Source: Vulcanimicrobiota bacterium (GTDB lineage: Bacteria > Vulcanimicrobiota > Xenobia > Xenobiales > JADMJV01). From it: a stretch of 64,000 bases of DNA. The notes below the pieces were generated by a model. The model searched no databases. It was not told the DNA's origin and was given only the letters and a program-made list of their open reading frames with translations. The position numbers were made by a program, and so were the translations under genes. Position 1 is the first letter of the stretch. Every line of letters begins with the position of its first letter. The stretch is from the NCBI GenBank assembly GCA_017307785.1, contig JAFKGI010000012.1, forward strand, positions 1-64,000, read 5' to 3'. This document shows positions 18,098-26,925 of the stretch, one piece after another.

Positions 18098-19836
18098 TTC
18101 TTTTCTCGCACTTCAAATTCAAGTTTCCAGCGGCCCGTGCCGCCTCTTTGCTGACACCAGAGCTCCAGTGTCCCCACCTCGGTGGCCACCGTCTGCAGTT
18201 GCACGGGAACCACCGGTTGATCGACCTCGGAGCTGCGCAGAATGCTGGTGACGGTGGCGATCTGCTCGATTTCGTCCTCATCTTCCCAGTCGTCCACTGT
18301 CTGACCGGGCTGGTCTTCGACGCGCTGGTTGCTGGTCATGAAGGGAAACTCCACCAACTCACCCAGCACCAGCCCCAACTCCAGGCCCGGCAGGTCCACC
18401 GTGGCGCCCTCTTCCATCCCCTGGGGAGCCACGCAAATGGCCTTGGTCGGGGGAGCGAACCCGGGAACGGCCGGACGGGCGACCTCCACTCCGATGTAAT
18501 AGGAACGGGGCAGGCCGCCGCGGATGCGGATGCCGCCCTGCAGGCGAGCTCGACCGTAGGCGGCGGCACCGCGGGCCACGGCCAGATCGCAATCCTGGTT
18601 CGGCAGCACCTTGACCGGCTCGTCCAACCAACTGTTCAGGACTTCCAGCACTCGCTGCTGGACGCCCGGAGATTTGCACACGCCGCCGTTGAAGAGAATG
18701 GCGGTGGGCTTGATAAACTCGCCGCCCTGGTGGAGAAAGCGGGCCAGATGCTTGGTGATGGCCGGATCCGACTCGTAGGGCAGTCCCAGTTCGGTCAGAC
18801 CGAAGCGGCGCTGGCGCTGGGCGAAGTCCTGAGCGCCGACCTTCGGGAAGAATCCGTCCAGGATGACCTTCTCGACTTCGCTGCGGTTGATCTCGGTCGA
18901 AGTGGAGCCAAGCAACATCTTGGCGCCGCGACCCGGAATGGTCAGGGGGGAAAGTTCCAGCGGGTCGGTGGCCAGCATCTTCTCTTTGGCGTTACGGCAC
19001 AGGTGAGTCAACACCTGAAACTGCCAGGAGTCGATTTTCTGTCCTTCGGCGCGCAAGCGCGCCTGCACGGTGGCGGCCAGACTCAGATCCATGTTGTCGC
19101 CGCCCAGCAGCAAGTGGTCGCCCACGGCCACGCGGGTCAAGCTCAGTTGGCCCTCTTCTTCGTCCACTCGAATGAGGGTGAAGTCGGAGGTGCCGCCGCC
19201 CAGGTCGCAGACCAGAATGTGATCGCCCAGCTTGACCGCTTCGCGCCAGGAATCCCCCATCTGCTCCAGCCAGGCGTAGAAGGCGGCCTGCGGCTCTTCC
19301 AGCAAGGTCAGATTTTCCAACCCGGCTCGCTGAGCCGCCTCCACCGTGAGCTCGCGAGCGACGGCGTCGAAGCTGGCGGGCACGGTCAGAAAGACGGAAT
19401 GTTCATCCAGGCTGCCCCCCAGCCGCGAAAAGCGCCAGGAGTCGGCCAGATGGCGAAGATAGCGGGTGGTCACCTCGACCGGCGACAGCTTGGGGACTTC
19501 TTCCGGCGACTTCCAGGGCAGCAACGGCTGTTGTCGGTCCACTTGAGCGTTGCACAGCCAGCTCTTGGCCGAGACGATCAGTCGGTCGGGCACCCGTGAG
19601 CCTTCGTCGCGAGCCATGGTTCCCACGGCGAACTCGGCCACTTCATCCCAGGGCAGCGACAGGCTTCCCAGCGCGAACTCATGCTGCGAGGGCAGGTAGA
19701 GATAGGAGGGCAAGGTGGGGCGAGCTTCGATCTCTTCGGGAGCCACCAGTTGGGGGATGGCGAAGTCGTGGACGCTTTCTTCTCCCACGTAAGAGAGGGC
19801 GCAGTTGGTGGTCCCCAGGTCAATTCCAACGATCAC
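18094..19836 (-). CDS. Hsp70-fold ATPase paralog (580 aa)
   Basis: GIDLGTTNCA, CDLGGGTSDF and GGDNMD NBD motifs, followed by a ~200-aa C-terminal domain. Overlaps the DUF2760 gene upstream and the 897-aa paralog downstream by 4 nt each. Confidence 0.75.
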   Translation of the reverse strand: MIVGIDLGTTNCALSYVGEESVHDFAIPQLVAPEEIEARPTLPSYLYLPSQHEFALGSLSLPWDEVAEFAVGTMARDEGSRVPDRLIVSAKSWLCNAQVDRQQPLLPWKSPEEVPKLSPVEVTTRYLRHLADSWRFSRLGGSLDEHSVFLTVPASFDAVARELTVEAAQRAGLENLTLLEEPQAAFYAWLEQMGDSWREAVKLGDHILVCDLGGGTSDFTLIRVDEEEGQLSLTRVAVGDHLLLGGDNMDLSLAATVQARLRAEGQKIDSWQFQVLTHLCRNAKEKMLATDPLELSPLTIPGRGAKMLLGSTSTEINRSEVEKVILDGFFPKVGAQDFAQRQRRFGLTELGLPYESDPAITKHLARFLHQGGEFIKPTAILFNGGVCKSPGVQQRVLEVLNSWLDEPVKVLPNQDCDLAVARGAAAYGRARLQGGIRIRGGLPRSYYIGVEVARPAVPGFAPPTKAICVAPQGMEEGATVDLPGLELGLVLGELVEFPFMTSNQRVEDQPGQTVDDWEDEDEIEQIATVTSILRSSEVDQPVVPVQLQTVATEVGTLELWCQQRGGTGRWKLEFEVREKK

Positions 19837-20312
19837 AACTCCACCTCCGCGGGCACCAAAATATCTAAAGTCTTGAGTTCAGGCAATTTGGCCGAAGCCA
19901 GTTTCCAGCCGTGATGGCGCAACGTCCCCTGAAAGGGAGGGTCGCCCTGCACCTTACCGACCAGGCGAATCTCGGCGGGACTGAAGCCTTCAGGGACCTG
20001 CACTTTGTCGCCGTCCTTTTCCGGTAGAACCGGTTCCAGCACCAGATACTGCTGCAGCACCTTGGCACAGCCGATGTGGACTCCTCGCGCCACCCCACCG
20101 ACTTGAGCATCGGGAAAGCCCTCCAGACTCTCGCTGAGAAAGTCCAGCAAGCGACCTTCCTTTTGAAGCGCGGCCAGCAGTTGAGCGGCCGTGGCCGGAG
20201 GCGGCCCGGGCGGAAGAGCTTTCATCTCCTTGAGCAAGTCATCCACTTTCTTGGAGAACTGGCGGTTGAAGAGAGCCTTGAAAAAAGCTCGAAAGGCGGT
20301 TGTCAATCCCAT
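19833..20312 (-). CDS. DUF2760-like small protein, first gene of the Hsp70-paralog operon
   Basis: 159 aa, MGLTTAFRAFFKALF... The family assignment is from memory: DUF2760 is a small protein family typically encoded next to non-canonical Hsp70 genes. Gene order and 4-nt coupling support a real gene. Confidence 0.5.
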   Translation of the reverse strand: MGLTTAFRAFFKALFNRQFSKKVDDLLKEMKALPPGPPPATAAQLLAALQKEGRLLDFLSESLEGFPDAQVGGVARGVHIGCAKVLQQYLVLEPVLPEKDGDKVQVPEGFSPAEIRLVGKVQGDPPFQGTLRHHGWKLASAKLPELKTLDILVPAEVEL

Positions 20313-20360
20313 CGAAAGGCGCCTACGACGCCTCCTGGGAGCCCCCTGCAGGATTCGATC

Positions 20361-21446
20361 ATGGACGCAAGAACCGTGGCCGGCGTGAATGGTTGGCGAG
20401 GGAAATTGGCCAGACTGGTGCTGGTCCTCTTAGTTTCTTGGGGTTTGCTCGAAGGGCTGCTGCGCTTGACCGCGCCCTACTTGGGAACGGACGTCTGCAA
20501 CGAGCTGGTTCGCAGCTACTCCAACGAGCCCGGCGGCATCTACTTTTTCGAGCCCAAAAGCAAGCTCAACTTCCCCTACCCCAACGACCACAAGCGAGTG
20601 GCCGTCAACGGTCGCATCTGGCACCACGACACCGATCAGCGCGCCTTCCGCAACCCGCCCGATACCCCCCACGAGATTGTCGTCTTTGGCGATTCCTTTC
20701 TCTACGGCCACGGTATCGAGGAGCCGCAGACCGCGGTGGCCATCTTGCGCAACCAGTTCAAGTGGAAGATCTACAATATGGCTCGCCAGGGAGACAGCAT
20801 CTGGCAGCAGTACATCCTTTTCCGCCTCTGGTTTGACGAACTCAAGCCCAAGCACATCATCCTTTGCCCGTTCGGTAACGATTTTTGGGACATCGAAGGA
20901 CCGCGCACCCCGGAAGATCAGATGGATCCTCCCGAGTTCAAGCCGGGCTTTATCGAGACCGTACGGACCAATATCAACGACCCCGAGATCCGCAAACCTT
21001 ACGGCAACTGGTGGACTTCGAGCTATTGCTATCGGCTGGTTTCTTTCGCGCGCCGCCGCCTGGAGCATCGCAACGACTTCCATCCCGAAACCGATGAAAG
21101 TCGCAAGGTCGCCGATTTCGAACGCGAGGGCCACTACTACACGGCGCTCTTCGAGGATATGCTCAAGCGTGCCCGGGCCGCCGGCTGCACGGTGGACATG
21201 GTCTACATCGACACGGCCACCGACTCGGACTACTGGCGAGATCAACAAATCAAGATGGGCGTTTTCTTCAAAGCTCTGTGCGAGCGCAATAAAGTCCCTT
21301 ATTATTCGACTCGCGATCTTCTCAAAGGACACGACGAACTGGTGCTGCCCAACGACGGCCACCTCAACCCCAAGGGCAACCAGGTCCTGGCCGAGTTTAT
21401 CGCTCGCGAGTGTCCCAAAACCTGGACTAAAGATGGAAGTTACTAA
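20361..21446 (+). CDS. SGNH/GDSL-type hydrolase with N-terminal membrane anchor
   Basis: Start set to the internal ATG at 20361. The track start at 20076 overlaps the DUF2760 gene on the other strand. Block I VVFGDSFLYG, block III CPFGNDFW and block V NDGHLNPKG (DxxH) are present. Confidence 0.55.
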   Translation: MDARTVAGVNGWRGKLARLVLVLLVSWGLLEGLLRLTAPYLGTDVCNELVRSYSNEPGGIYFFEPKSKLNFPYPNDHKRVAVNGRIWHHDTDQRAFRNPPDTPHEIVVFGDSFLYGHGIEEPQTAVAILRNQFKWKIYNMARQGDSIWQQYILFRLWFDELKPKHIILCPFGNDFWDIEGPRTPEDQMDPPEFKPGFIETVRTNINDPEIRKPYGNWWTSSYCYRLVSFARRRLEHRNDFHPETDESRKVADFEREGHYYTALFEDMLKRARAAGCTVDMVYIDTATDSDYWRDQQIKMGVFFKALCERNKVPYYSTRDLLKGHDELVLPNDGHLNPKGNQVLAEFIARECPKTWTKDGSY

Positions 21447-21460
21447 GGGGGAATCCTAAG

Positions 21461-22588
21461 ATGGGCTACAACGCCAGCCTCACCGCCAAGTGTTGGAAAT
21501 TGCATACCTGCGTCAACTGCAGCACGGTCTTCCGCTACCTGATGACCCGTAAGGTCACCGCCCAGGGCAACACCGAAGCTCAGGCGCGAACCAATCTCGG
21601 CCAGGCCGTGGTCAAGTCCCTTACCAACGGAGTGGACCAGCATTCCTGTCCGACCTGCGGCCTGCACCCTCCGGAAATGGTGACGTCCGCGCGAAACGCA
21701 CGCTTCGGTTGCCTGAACGGGCTGGTGGTGGCCGTCTGTTTTGGCCTGATGATCGCCCTGGCCATCGAGTATCCGGTGTCCACCATCACCCTCTGGGGCG
21801 GAGTGCTGCTGGCGCTGTTGGCAGCCAACTACGCCTGGATGGCCCTCAAGAATCCCAACAACCATGTGCCGAGCAATCTCGAGCGAGCCCAGAAATCAGT
21901 CCAAGAGCAAAAACTGTTTGTGGAAGAATCTCCTCAAAATCCTCCGGTGCGACGCAGTGATCTGGCCGAGTTGACCCACGGTCGCAACCCGTTGGCGCTG
22001 GCGCTACTGGGCTCGGGTCTGCTTTTGATGGCGCTACCGGAAGTGACGCGTTCCGTCAGCGGCTGGCAGGAAAACCCCAAGTTTTTCCCGGCCGTGGTCG
22101 GCCCCGGAGACAACCCGACCTACTATTTTGACCGCAAGATTCACAGCCTCAAGGGCTATTGGCGAGCCACCAACATCAGCGCCGAAATGGATGGCAAGAA
22201 GCTGACGGCGACCGCCAAAGACAACAACTGGGGGAGCAGTATCTCGGTCAAATCCAGCGAGCAGAACACTCAGGAAACGCTGTGGCTCAAAGTTGCCGTC
22301 CCGGACGATGGGGCGCTGGCCAAGAAAACCGAAAAGCTCGACTTGAAAGTTCAGTACGTGGCGCCGGTCATGTCAGGCTCCAGCAACTTCCGCGAAGAAG
22401 ACGGAGAGGTAGCCGAAAAGCCCGAACTCCACCTGGCCACGGTCGGGGCCGGCAGGCTTTACGGCAAGCTCGCCTGGCTGGGAGTGCTGGGAGGACCAGG
22501 CCTGATGTTTCTGGCCGGCTGGTTGTTCATCCGTCACGCCAAGTCGCTCAAGGGCAATCCCCATCAGGCTCTAGAAGCGGAGGACTAA
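21461..22588 (+). CDS. Hypothetical membrane protein with N-terminal zinc-ribbon (CxxC...CxxC)
   Basis: 375 aa. Cys pairs TCVNC and CPTCG sit in the first 70 residues, followed by 2–3 TM helices, a soluble domain and a C-terminal TM. I recognise no family. Confidence 0.45.
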   Translation: MGYNASLTAKCWKLHTCVNCSTVFRYLMTRKVTAQGNTEAQARTNLGQAVVKSLTNGVDQHSCPTCGLHPPEMVTSARNARFGCLNGLVVAVCFGLMIALAIEYPVSTITLWGGVLLALLAANYAWMALKNPNNHVPSNLERAQKSVQEQKLFVEESPQNPPVRRSDLAELTHGRNPLALALLGSGLLLMALPEVTRSVSGWQENPKFFPAVVGPGDNPTYYFDRKIHSLKGYWRATNISAEMDGKKLTATAKDNNWGSSISVKSSEQNTQETLWLKVAVPDDGALAKKTEKLDLKVQYVAPVMSGSSNFREEDGEVAEKPELHLATVGAGRLYGKLAWLGVLGGPGLMFLAGWLFIRHAKSLKGNPHQALEAED

Positions 22589-22642
22589 AACCCGACCCCC
22601 GCGAAACGCCGGGAGCATACTCTCAAATTAAAGGATTTCTTT

Positions 22643-23206
22643 ATGGCCTTCGTTTCATCCAATGACCTGTCCACCGGCATCACCGTCGACATCGACGGCG
22701 ACCTGCTTCAGGTAATCGAATTTCAGCATGTCAAGCCCGGCAAAGGCTCGCCCTTCGTGCGCGCCAAGTTCAAAAACATCAAGACCGGCTACACCAAAGA
22801 ATTCACCTTCCGTGGCAACGAAAAGATGACGCGCGCCCACATCGAGCGCCGTCCGGCCTCGTTCCTGTACGCTCAGGACGACGAATATTCGTTCATGGAT
22901 TCGGAGAGCTTCGACCAGCACGCCGTCACCGGCAAAGAAGTCGGTGACCAGCGCAAGTGGCTGAAAGACGGCATGGAAGTCATGCTGGTGCTCTACGATG
23001 ACCGCATCATCGGCATCGAATTGCCCAACTTCGTGGAGCTGGTGGTCATCGAGACCGAGCCCGGCTTCAAGGGTGACACCGCCACCGGCGCCACCAAGCC
23101 CGCCACCGTGGAAGGCGGCGCGGTCGTCTACGTGCCTCTCTTTGTGGAGCAGGGCACCAAGCTGATGATCGACACCCGCACCGGCGAGTACATGAAGCGC
23201 GTCTAG
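22643..23206 (+). CDS. efp: Elongation factor P
   Basis: 187 aa. Full-length EF-P similarity, including the KPGKGSPFVRAKFKN loop with the modifiable Lys. Confidence 0.9.
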   Translation: MAFVSSNDLSTGITVDIDGDLLQVIEFQHVKPGKGSPFVRAKFKNIKTGYTKEFTFRGNEKMTRAHIERRPASFLYAQDDEYSFMDSESFDQHAVTGKEVGDQRKWLKDGMEVMLVLYDDRIIGIELPNFVELVVIETEPGFKGDTATGATKPATVEGGAVVYVPLFVEQGTKLMIDTRTGEYMKRV

Positions 23207-23209
23207 CAC

Positions 23210-24196
23210 GTGTCCATCCTGATCGTCGGGGCAGGGGCCATCGGCCAGTGGCTGGGGGCCCTTTTGCATGAAAGGGCTGGCGAGACGGTCACCATGTTGG
23301 CCCGTCCCCGTCAACTGGAGGCCCTGGCTTCCTTGCCCATGCGATCGGTGGCTCAGCTGGAGCCGGGGACCGCTTTCGACGACGTCATCTTCACGGTCAA
23401 GGCTTTTCAGGTGGAGGAAGCGGCCGCTCAGCTGGCCGCTTCCGGCCTGCGGCTGAAGCGGATCTGGGGCTTCCAGAACGGGATGGGCAGCGACGAAAAG
23501 CTGGCGGCCCACTTTCCCGGTCTCTGGTTCGGGGCTATGACCACCACCATTCCGGTGTACATCGAGAATGGCAAACCCCAACCGGGGCCGCGCGGCGGTC
23601 TGGCCTGGGCCACCAAACACGAGCGCTTCCTGGCCCCGCCCTGGCTGGATCGCATGGGACTGCCCTGCACCGCAGTGCCCCGGGTCGACTCCCTGAAATG
23701 CTCCAAGCTGCTGCTCAACGTGACCTGCAACTCCAGTTGCGCTCTGCTGGACATGCTGCCCTCGGAAGTGGTTGCCCACGGCCCCATGTTCAACTTTGAG
23801 CTGGCCTGCTTGCGCGAATTCCTGGCCGTGGTGCGGTCCAATCGCATCCCCCTGGCCGACCTGCCCAACTACAAGGTGACCCAGATGGCCGGGCTGGCCT
23901 ATCTGCCCAACTTTGCCATTCGCTCGTTGCTCGGCTCCAAGATCACGAAGGCGCGCGGTCAAAAGCCGCCCTCGTTGCTGGTCGATCTGCGGGCCGGACG
24001 CCCTCAGAGCGAGGTAGAGGTGCTGAATGGAGCCGTGGTGGAGCTGGGGAAACGCAGCGGCATCCCCACTCCCGGCAATGCCTGGTTGTTGGAAAACCTG
24101 CGCGCGGTGGTGGCCGACAACTCTCTGTGGGCCGGCTATCGCGGTCAAATTGACAAGGTGGCCCAGCAGGCCCTATCGGCCCTCAAGACAAAATAG
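23210..24196 (+). CDS. Ketopantoate reductase (PanE/ApbA) family oxidoreductase
   Basis: GTG start. N-terminal Rossmann ILIVGAGAIGQWLGALL, plus KCSKLLLN in the C-terminal domain (the family's Lys/Asn motif). Confidence 0.6.
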   Translation: MSILIVGAGAIGQWLGALLHERAGETVTMLARPRQLEALASLPMRSVAQLEPGTAFDDVIFTVKAFQVEEAAAQLAASGLRLKRIWGFQNGMGSDEKLAAHFPGLWFGAMTTTIPVYIENGKPQPGPRGGLAWATKHERFLAPPWLDRMGLPCTAVPRVDSLKCSKLLLNVTCNSSCALLDMLPSEVVAHGPMFNFELACLREFLAVVRSNRIPLADLPNYKVTQMAGLAYLPNFAIRSLLGSKITKARGQKPPSLLVDLRAGRPQSEVEVLNGAVVELGKRSGIPTPGNAWLLENLRAVVADNSLWAGYRGQIDKVAQQALSALKTK

Positions 24197-24201
24197 GCCG
24201 G

Positions 24202-25362
24202 GTGAGTAGTGAGCCAGAACAAGCGCCCTTAACCCAAAAGATCGACGAAGGATTCGGGTCCTTCGAAGGGGATCAAACCGCCGTCCGCCGCCCGCGACCG
24301 GAAGACGACATCGTTCCCGGCAAAGGTCGCCGCCTGCGACCCGAGGACGACAACGTGGGCCCCAAAGCCAAGTATGAGTCCAAGGCCCTGGTGCTGGACG
24401 TGGCCGATAAGCCGCCCTGTTGGGACGGGCAAATCCTGGACGTGCGCAACCTCACCAAGGCTTACAACAAGCAGCTGGCCGTCAACGAAATGACCTTCCA
24501 GCTCTATCCCGGAGACATCCTGGGATTTCTCGGACCCAACGGTGCCGGTAAGACCACCACCATCCGCATGCTGGCCACCGTGCTCGCCCCCGACGGCGGT
24601 TCGGCCTACGTGGGCGGCCACTCGCTCAAAGAGGTGGAAGAGATTCGCGCGCGAGTCGGCTACATGCCGGACTTTCTGGGCGTCTACGACGACCTGCTGG
24701 TCAAGGAATACCTGGAGTTCTTCGCGCGCGCTTATAAAATCAGCGCAACCCATCGAGATTTCGTGATCCGGGAGGCTTTGGAGATCACCCGTCTGACCAG
24801 CCTGGCCGACAACCCGGTGGACGGACTGTCGCGCGGTCAGAAGCAGCGTTTGGGCCTGGCTCGCCTGCTGATGCACGACCCGGTGCTGCTACTGCTCGAC
24901 GAACCGGCCGCCGGTCTCGACCCCCGCGCCCGCGTGGACCTGCGCGACATCCTGCGCAGCCTGCAGCAGCGCGGCAAGGCCATGATCGTCTCCAGCCACA
25001 TCCTCAGTGACCTCTCCGACTTCTGCAACAAGGTGGGTATCGTCGTCAACGGCAAGCTCATCCTGTTTGACGAAACCAAGCGCCTGATCGATCGCATGCG
25101 CGACCGTCGCCGTTTGCGCACCCGCTTGCTGCACGGTGGGGAAGACGCCATGAAGTTCCTCAACAATCGCCCCGAGGTACACAACGTCCAGTTCCAGGGC
25201 GAAGATCTGCTGTTTGAAGTGGTGGGCTTCGATCAAGAAGTGGCCGATCTCCACCGGGCTTTGTTTGAAGCCAACTTCTCCATCATCACCCTGTCCGAGG
25301 AGCCCTGGGATTTGCAGGATATCTATCTGCAGGCCACCGAGGGGATCGTAACTAGAGACTGA
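24202..25362 (+). CDS. ABC transporter ATP-binding protein with ~85-aa N-terminal extension
   Basis: Walker A GPNGAGKTT, signature LSRGQKQRLGLA and Walker B LLLLDEPAAGLD are all present. No permease gene is adjacent. Confidence 0.8.
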   Translation: MSSEPEQAPLTQKIDEGFGSFEGDQTAVRRPRPEDDIVPGKGRRLRPEDDNVGPKAKYESKALVLDVADKPPCWDGQILDVRNLTKAYNKQLAVNEMTFQLYPGDILGFLGPNGAGKTTTIRMLATVLAPDGGSAYVGGHSLKEVEEIRARVGYMPDFLGVYDDLLVKEYLEFFARAYKISATHRDFVIREALEITRLTSLADNPVDGLSRGQKQRLGLARLLMHDPVLLLLDEPAAGLDPRARVDLRDILRSLQQRGKAMIVSSHILSDLSDFCNKVGIVVNGKLILFDETKRLIDRMRDRRRLRTRLLHGGEDAMKFLNNRPEVHNVQFQGEDLLFEVVGFDQEVADLHRALFEANFSIITLSEEPWDLQDIYLQATEGIVTRD

Positions 25363-25991
25363 TGCTGTCCCAACTGCTCGATATCTATGAACAACTCTGG
25401 ATGCGCGACGACTCGCCCTGGGCCGCTCACGAAGCCGACAGCCTCGGGCGGATGCGCCAGTTCCTGGCCAGCTCTCCGGAGGTATTTCAACGTTCCCATA
25501 TTCCCGGCCACTTCACCGGATCGGCGCTGGTTTGCGATCCGCATCTGACCCGGGTGGCCCTGACCCATCACACCAAGCTCGACAAGTGGCTACAGTTTGG
25601 CGGCCACGCCGACGGCGATGACAATCTGGCGCGGGTGGCGCTGCGCGAGGCCGAAGAAGAGAGCGGACTGCCCAGGCTCAACTATCTGGATTTTGAAGAG
25701 GCGCTCGGCTGCCCGCATCATCCGGTTCCCTTCGATCTGGACATCCACGAAATTCCGGCCCGAGGCTCCGAGCCCGCCCACCTCCACTACGACGTTCGTT
25801 TCGTGGTGGTCAGCCAGACTCAGGCGCTCCAGATGAACGAGGAATCCCAACAACTCGGCTGGTTCAGCCTGGCGGAAGCTCGAGAAAAGACTCAGGAAGA
25901 GTCGATGCTACGCCAGTTTCAGAAGCTGGAGCTGCTGCATCGCACGCTGGTCAAACAACCCACAGAAATATCCACTTCTCCTCAACGGTAA
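25362..25991 (+). CDS. NUDIX hydrolase
   Basis: Nudix box GGHADGDDNLARVALREAEEESGL (GX5EX7REUXEEXGU). The start overlaps the ABC gene stop (ATGA). Confidence 0.75.
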   Translation: MLSQLLDIYEQLWMRDDSPWAAHEADSLGRMRQFLASSPEVFQRSHIPGHFTGSALVCDPHLTRVALTHHTKLDKWLQFGGHADGDDNLARVALREAEEESGLPRLNYLDFEEALGCPHHPVPFDLDIHEIPARGSEPAHLHYDVRFVVVSQTQALQMNEESQQLGWFSLAEAREKTQEESMLRQFQKLELLHRTLVKQPTEISTSPQR

Positions 25992-26354
25992 TGCGCTGCT
26001 GAGCCGGCCAGTCTCCCATATCGAAGCTATGCGAGACGAGCCGGGTTCCGGGCGGAAGCTCTCGACGCAACTTGGGCAGCAGTTTGGCATTGACCGAATG
26101 GAGTAAATAGAGGGCAACGACGGTAGCCCCCGTCAAATCCGCATCGAAGAAGTTGCCGGTGCGGAACTCCGTCCGCTCGGACTGACCGGCGGCGCTCGCG
26201 TTTTCTCGACTGCGCAGGACCAGCGACGGATCGATGTCGATTCCGACTCCGCGCGCGCCCCGCTCGGCCGCTCCTATGACCAGGCGGCCATCCCCGCCAG
26301 CATGCCGGCTACCACAGCGGGCGGCGAGGCCACGTAACGAATGTCCTTTTTCAT
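25951..26354 (-). pseudogene. Small class I SAM-dependent methyltransferase, disrupted (frameshift/internal deletion)
   Basis: ATG at ~26354 with AAGGAG upstream opens MKKDIRYVASPPAVVAGMLAGMAAWS*. A different frame then continues ...GGDGRLVIGAAERGARGVGIDIDPSLV...GNFFDADLTGATVVALYL...LVSHSFDMGDW. That is a typical ~180-aa MTase whose motif I (DLGSGDGR) is truncated at the frame junction. The track ORF start at 26400 would read through the upstream terminator hairpin. Confidence 0.45.
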
Positions 26355-26392
26355 CGGGGCTCCTTCTCGCCGGCTCCTGCCTGGTTCCCCTG

Positions 26393-26433
26393 AAAAGCAA
26401 AAAGAGCTGTCTCCGAAGAGACAGCTCTTTTTT
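26393..26433. terminator. Bidirectional intrinsic terminator (perfect 10-bp GC-rich hairpin between A- and T-tracts)
   Basis: AAAAGCAAAAA-GAGCTGTCTC-CGAA-GAGACAGCTC-TTTTTT. On the − strand it directly follows the stop of the Gly/Met-rich gene (26443). Confidence 0.7.
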
Positions 26434-26442
26434 AGCTCTGGC

Positions 26443-26925
26443 TTAAAACAGAGGACGGGGGCCGGCCATCGCGCCCATCGGACCGACACCGGCGAAGGCG
26501 CCGGGCATTCCGCCACCCATCATCGGGTTGCCTCCGCCCATCGCGCCCATCTGGGCCTGCAGCTTCTGCATCTTGTGCATCAGCTTGCGCATCTTCTTCA
26601 TCTTGTGACCGCCTCCGCAGGGGCCGCAGCCACCCGGGCCACCGGGGCCGCCCGGGCCACCGAAGGAGTTACCGAAGTTGGGGGTGCCCTGCGGGCCACC
26701 GAAGCCGCCAAAACCACCTGGTCCGGCCGAAGCGAAGGCTCCGGGTCCGCCGGCCGAGGCGAAAGCACCACCGGCGCTGGCCACTGCGGTTGCGCCTCCG
26801 GCCGAGGCGACGGCGCCGCCGCCGAGTCCGTTGAAGAGAGATTGTCCGACTCCCCCGCCGGCCATTGCCATCGCGCTGGCCTGAGCTTGCTGTAAGGGGT
26901 TAACTCCAAAGCTGGTTCCGAACAT
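26443..26925 (-). CDS. Glycine/methionine-rich low-complexity protein (hypothetical)
   Basis: Start set to the ATG at 26925, with GGGAGG 8 nt upstream. 160 aa: MFGTSFGVNPLQQAQ..., long GGxG/AGG/PGG tracts, CGPCGGGH, a basic helix HKMKKMRKLMHKMQKLQAQM, then MGAMGGGNPMMGGGMPGAF. No signal peptide. A strong terminator lies downstream. Confidence 0.55.
   Translation of the reverse strand: MFGTSFGVNPLQQAQASAMAMAGGGVGQSLFNGLGGGAVASAGGATAVASAGGAFASAGGPGAFASAGPGGFGGFGGPQGTPNFGNSFGGPGGPGGPGGCGPCGGGHKMKKMRKLMHKMQKLQAQMGAMGGGNPMMGGGMPGAFAGVGPMGAMAGPRPLF

Noticed and set aside
20076-20360. Track start of the SGNH hydrolase ORF at 20076
   Set aside because: It overlaps the DUF2760 gene on the other strand and translates to low-complexity Arg/Gly junk. 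The internal ATG at 20361 precedes the TM anchor.
26355-26400. ATG at 26400 as start of the methyltransferase ORF (track ORF 25951..26400)
   Set aside because: It would place the perfect terminator hairpin (26404–26427) inside the N-terminal coding region. The authentic N-terminus (MKKDIRYV..., with AAGGAG RBS) is in another frame starting at ~26354.
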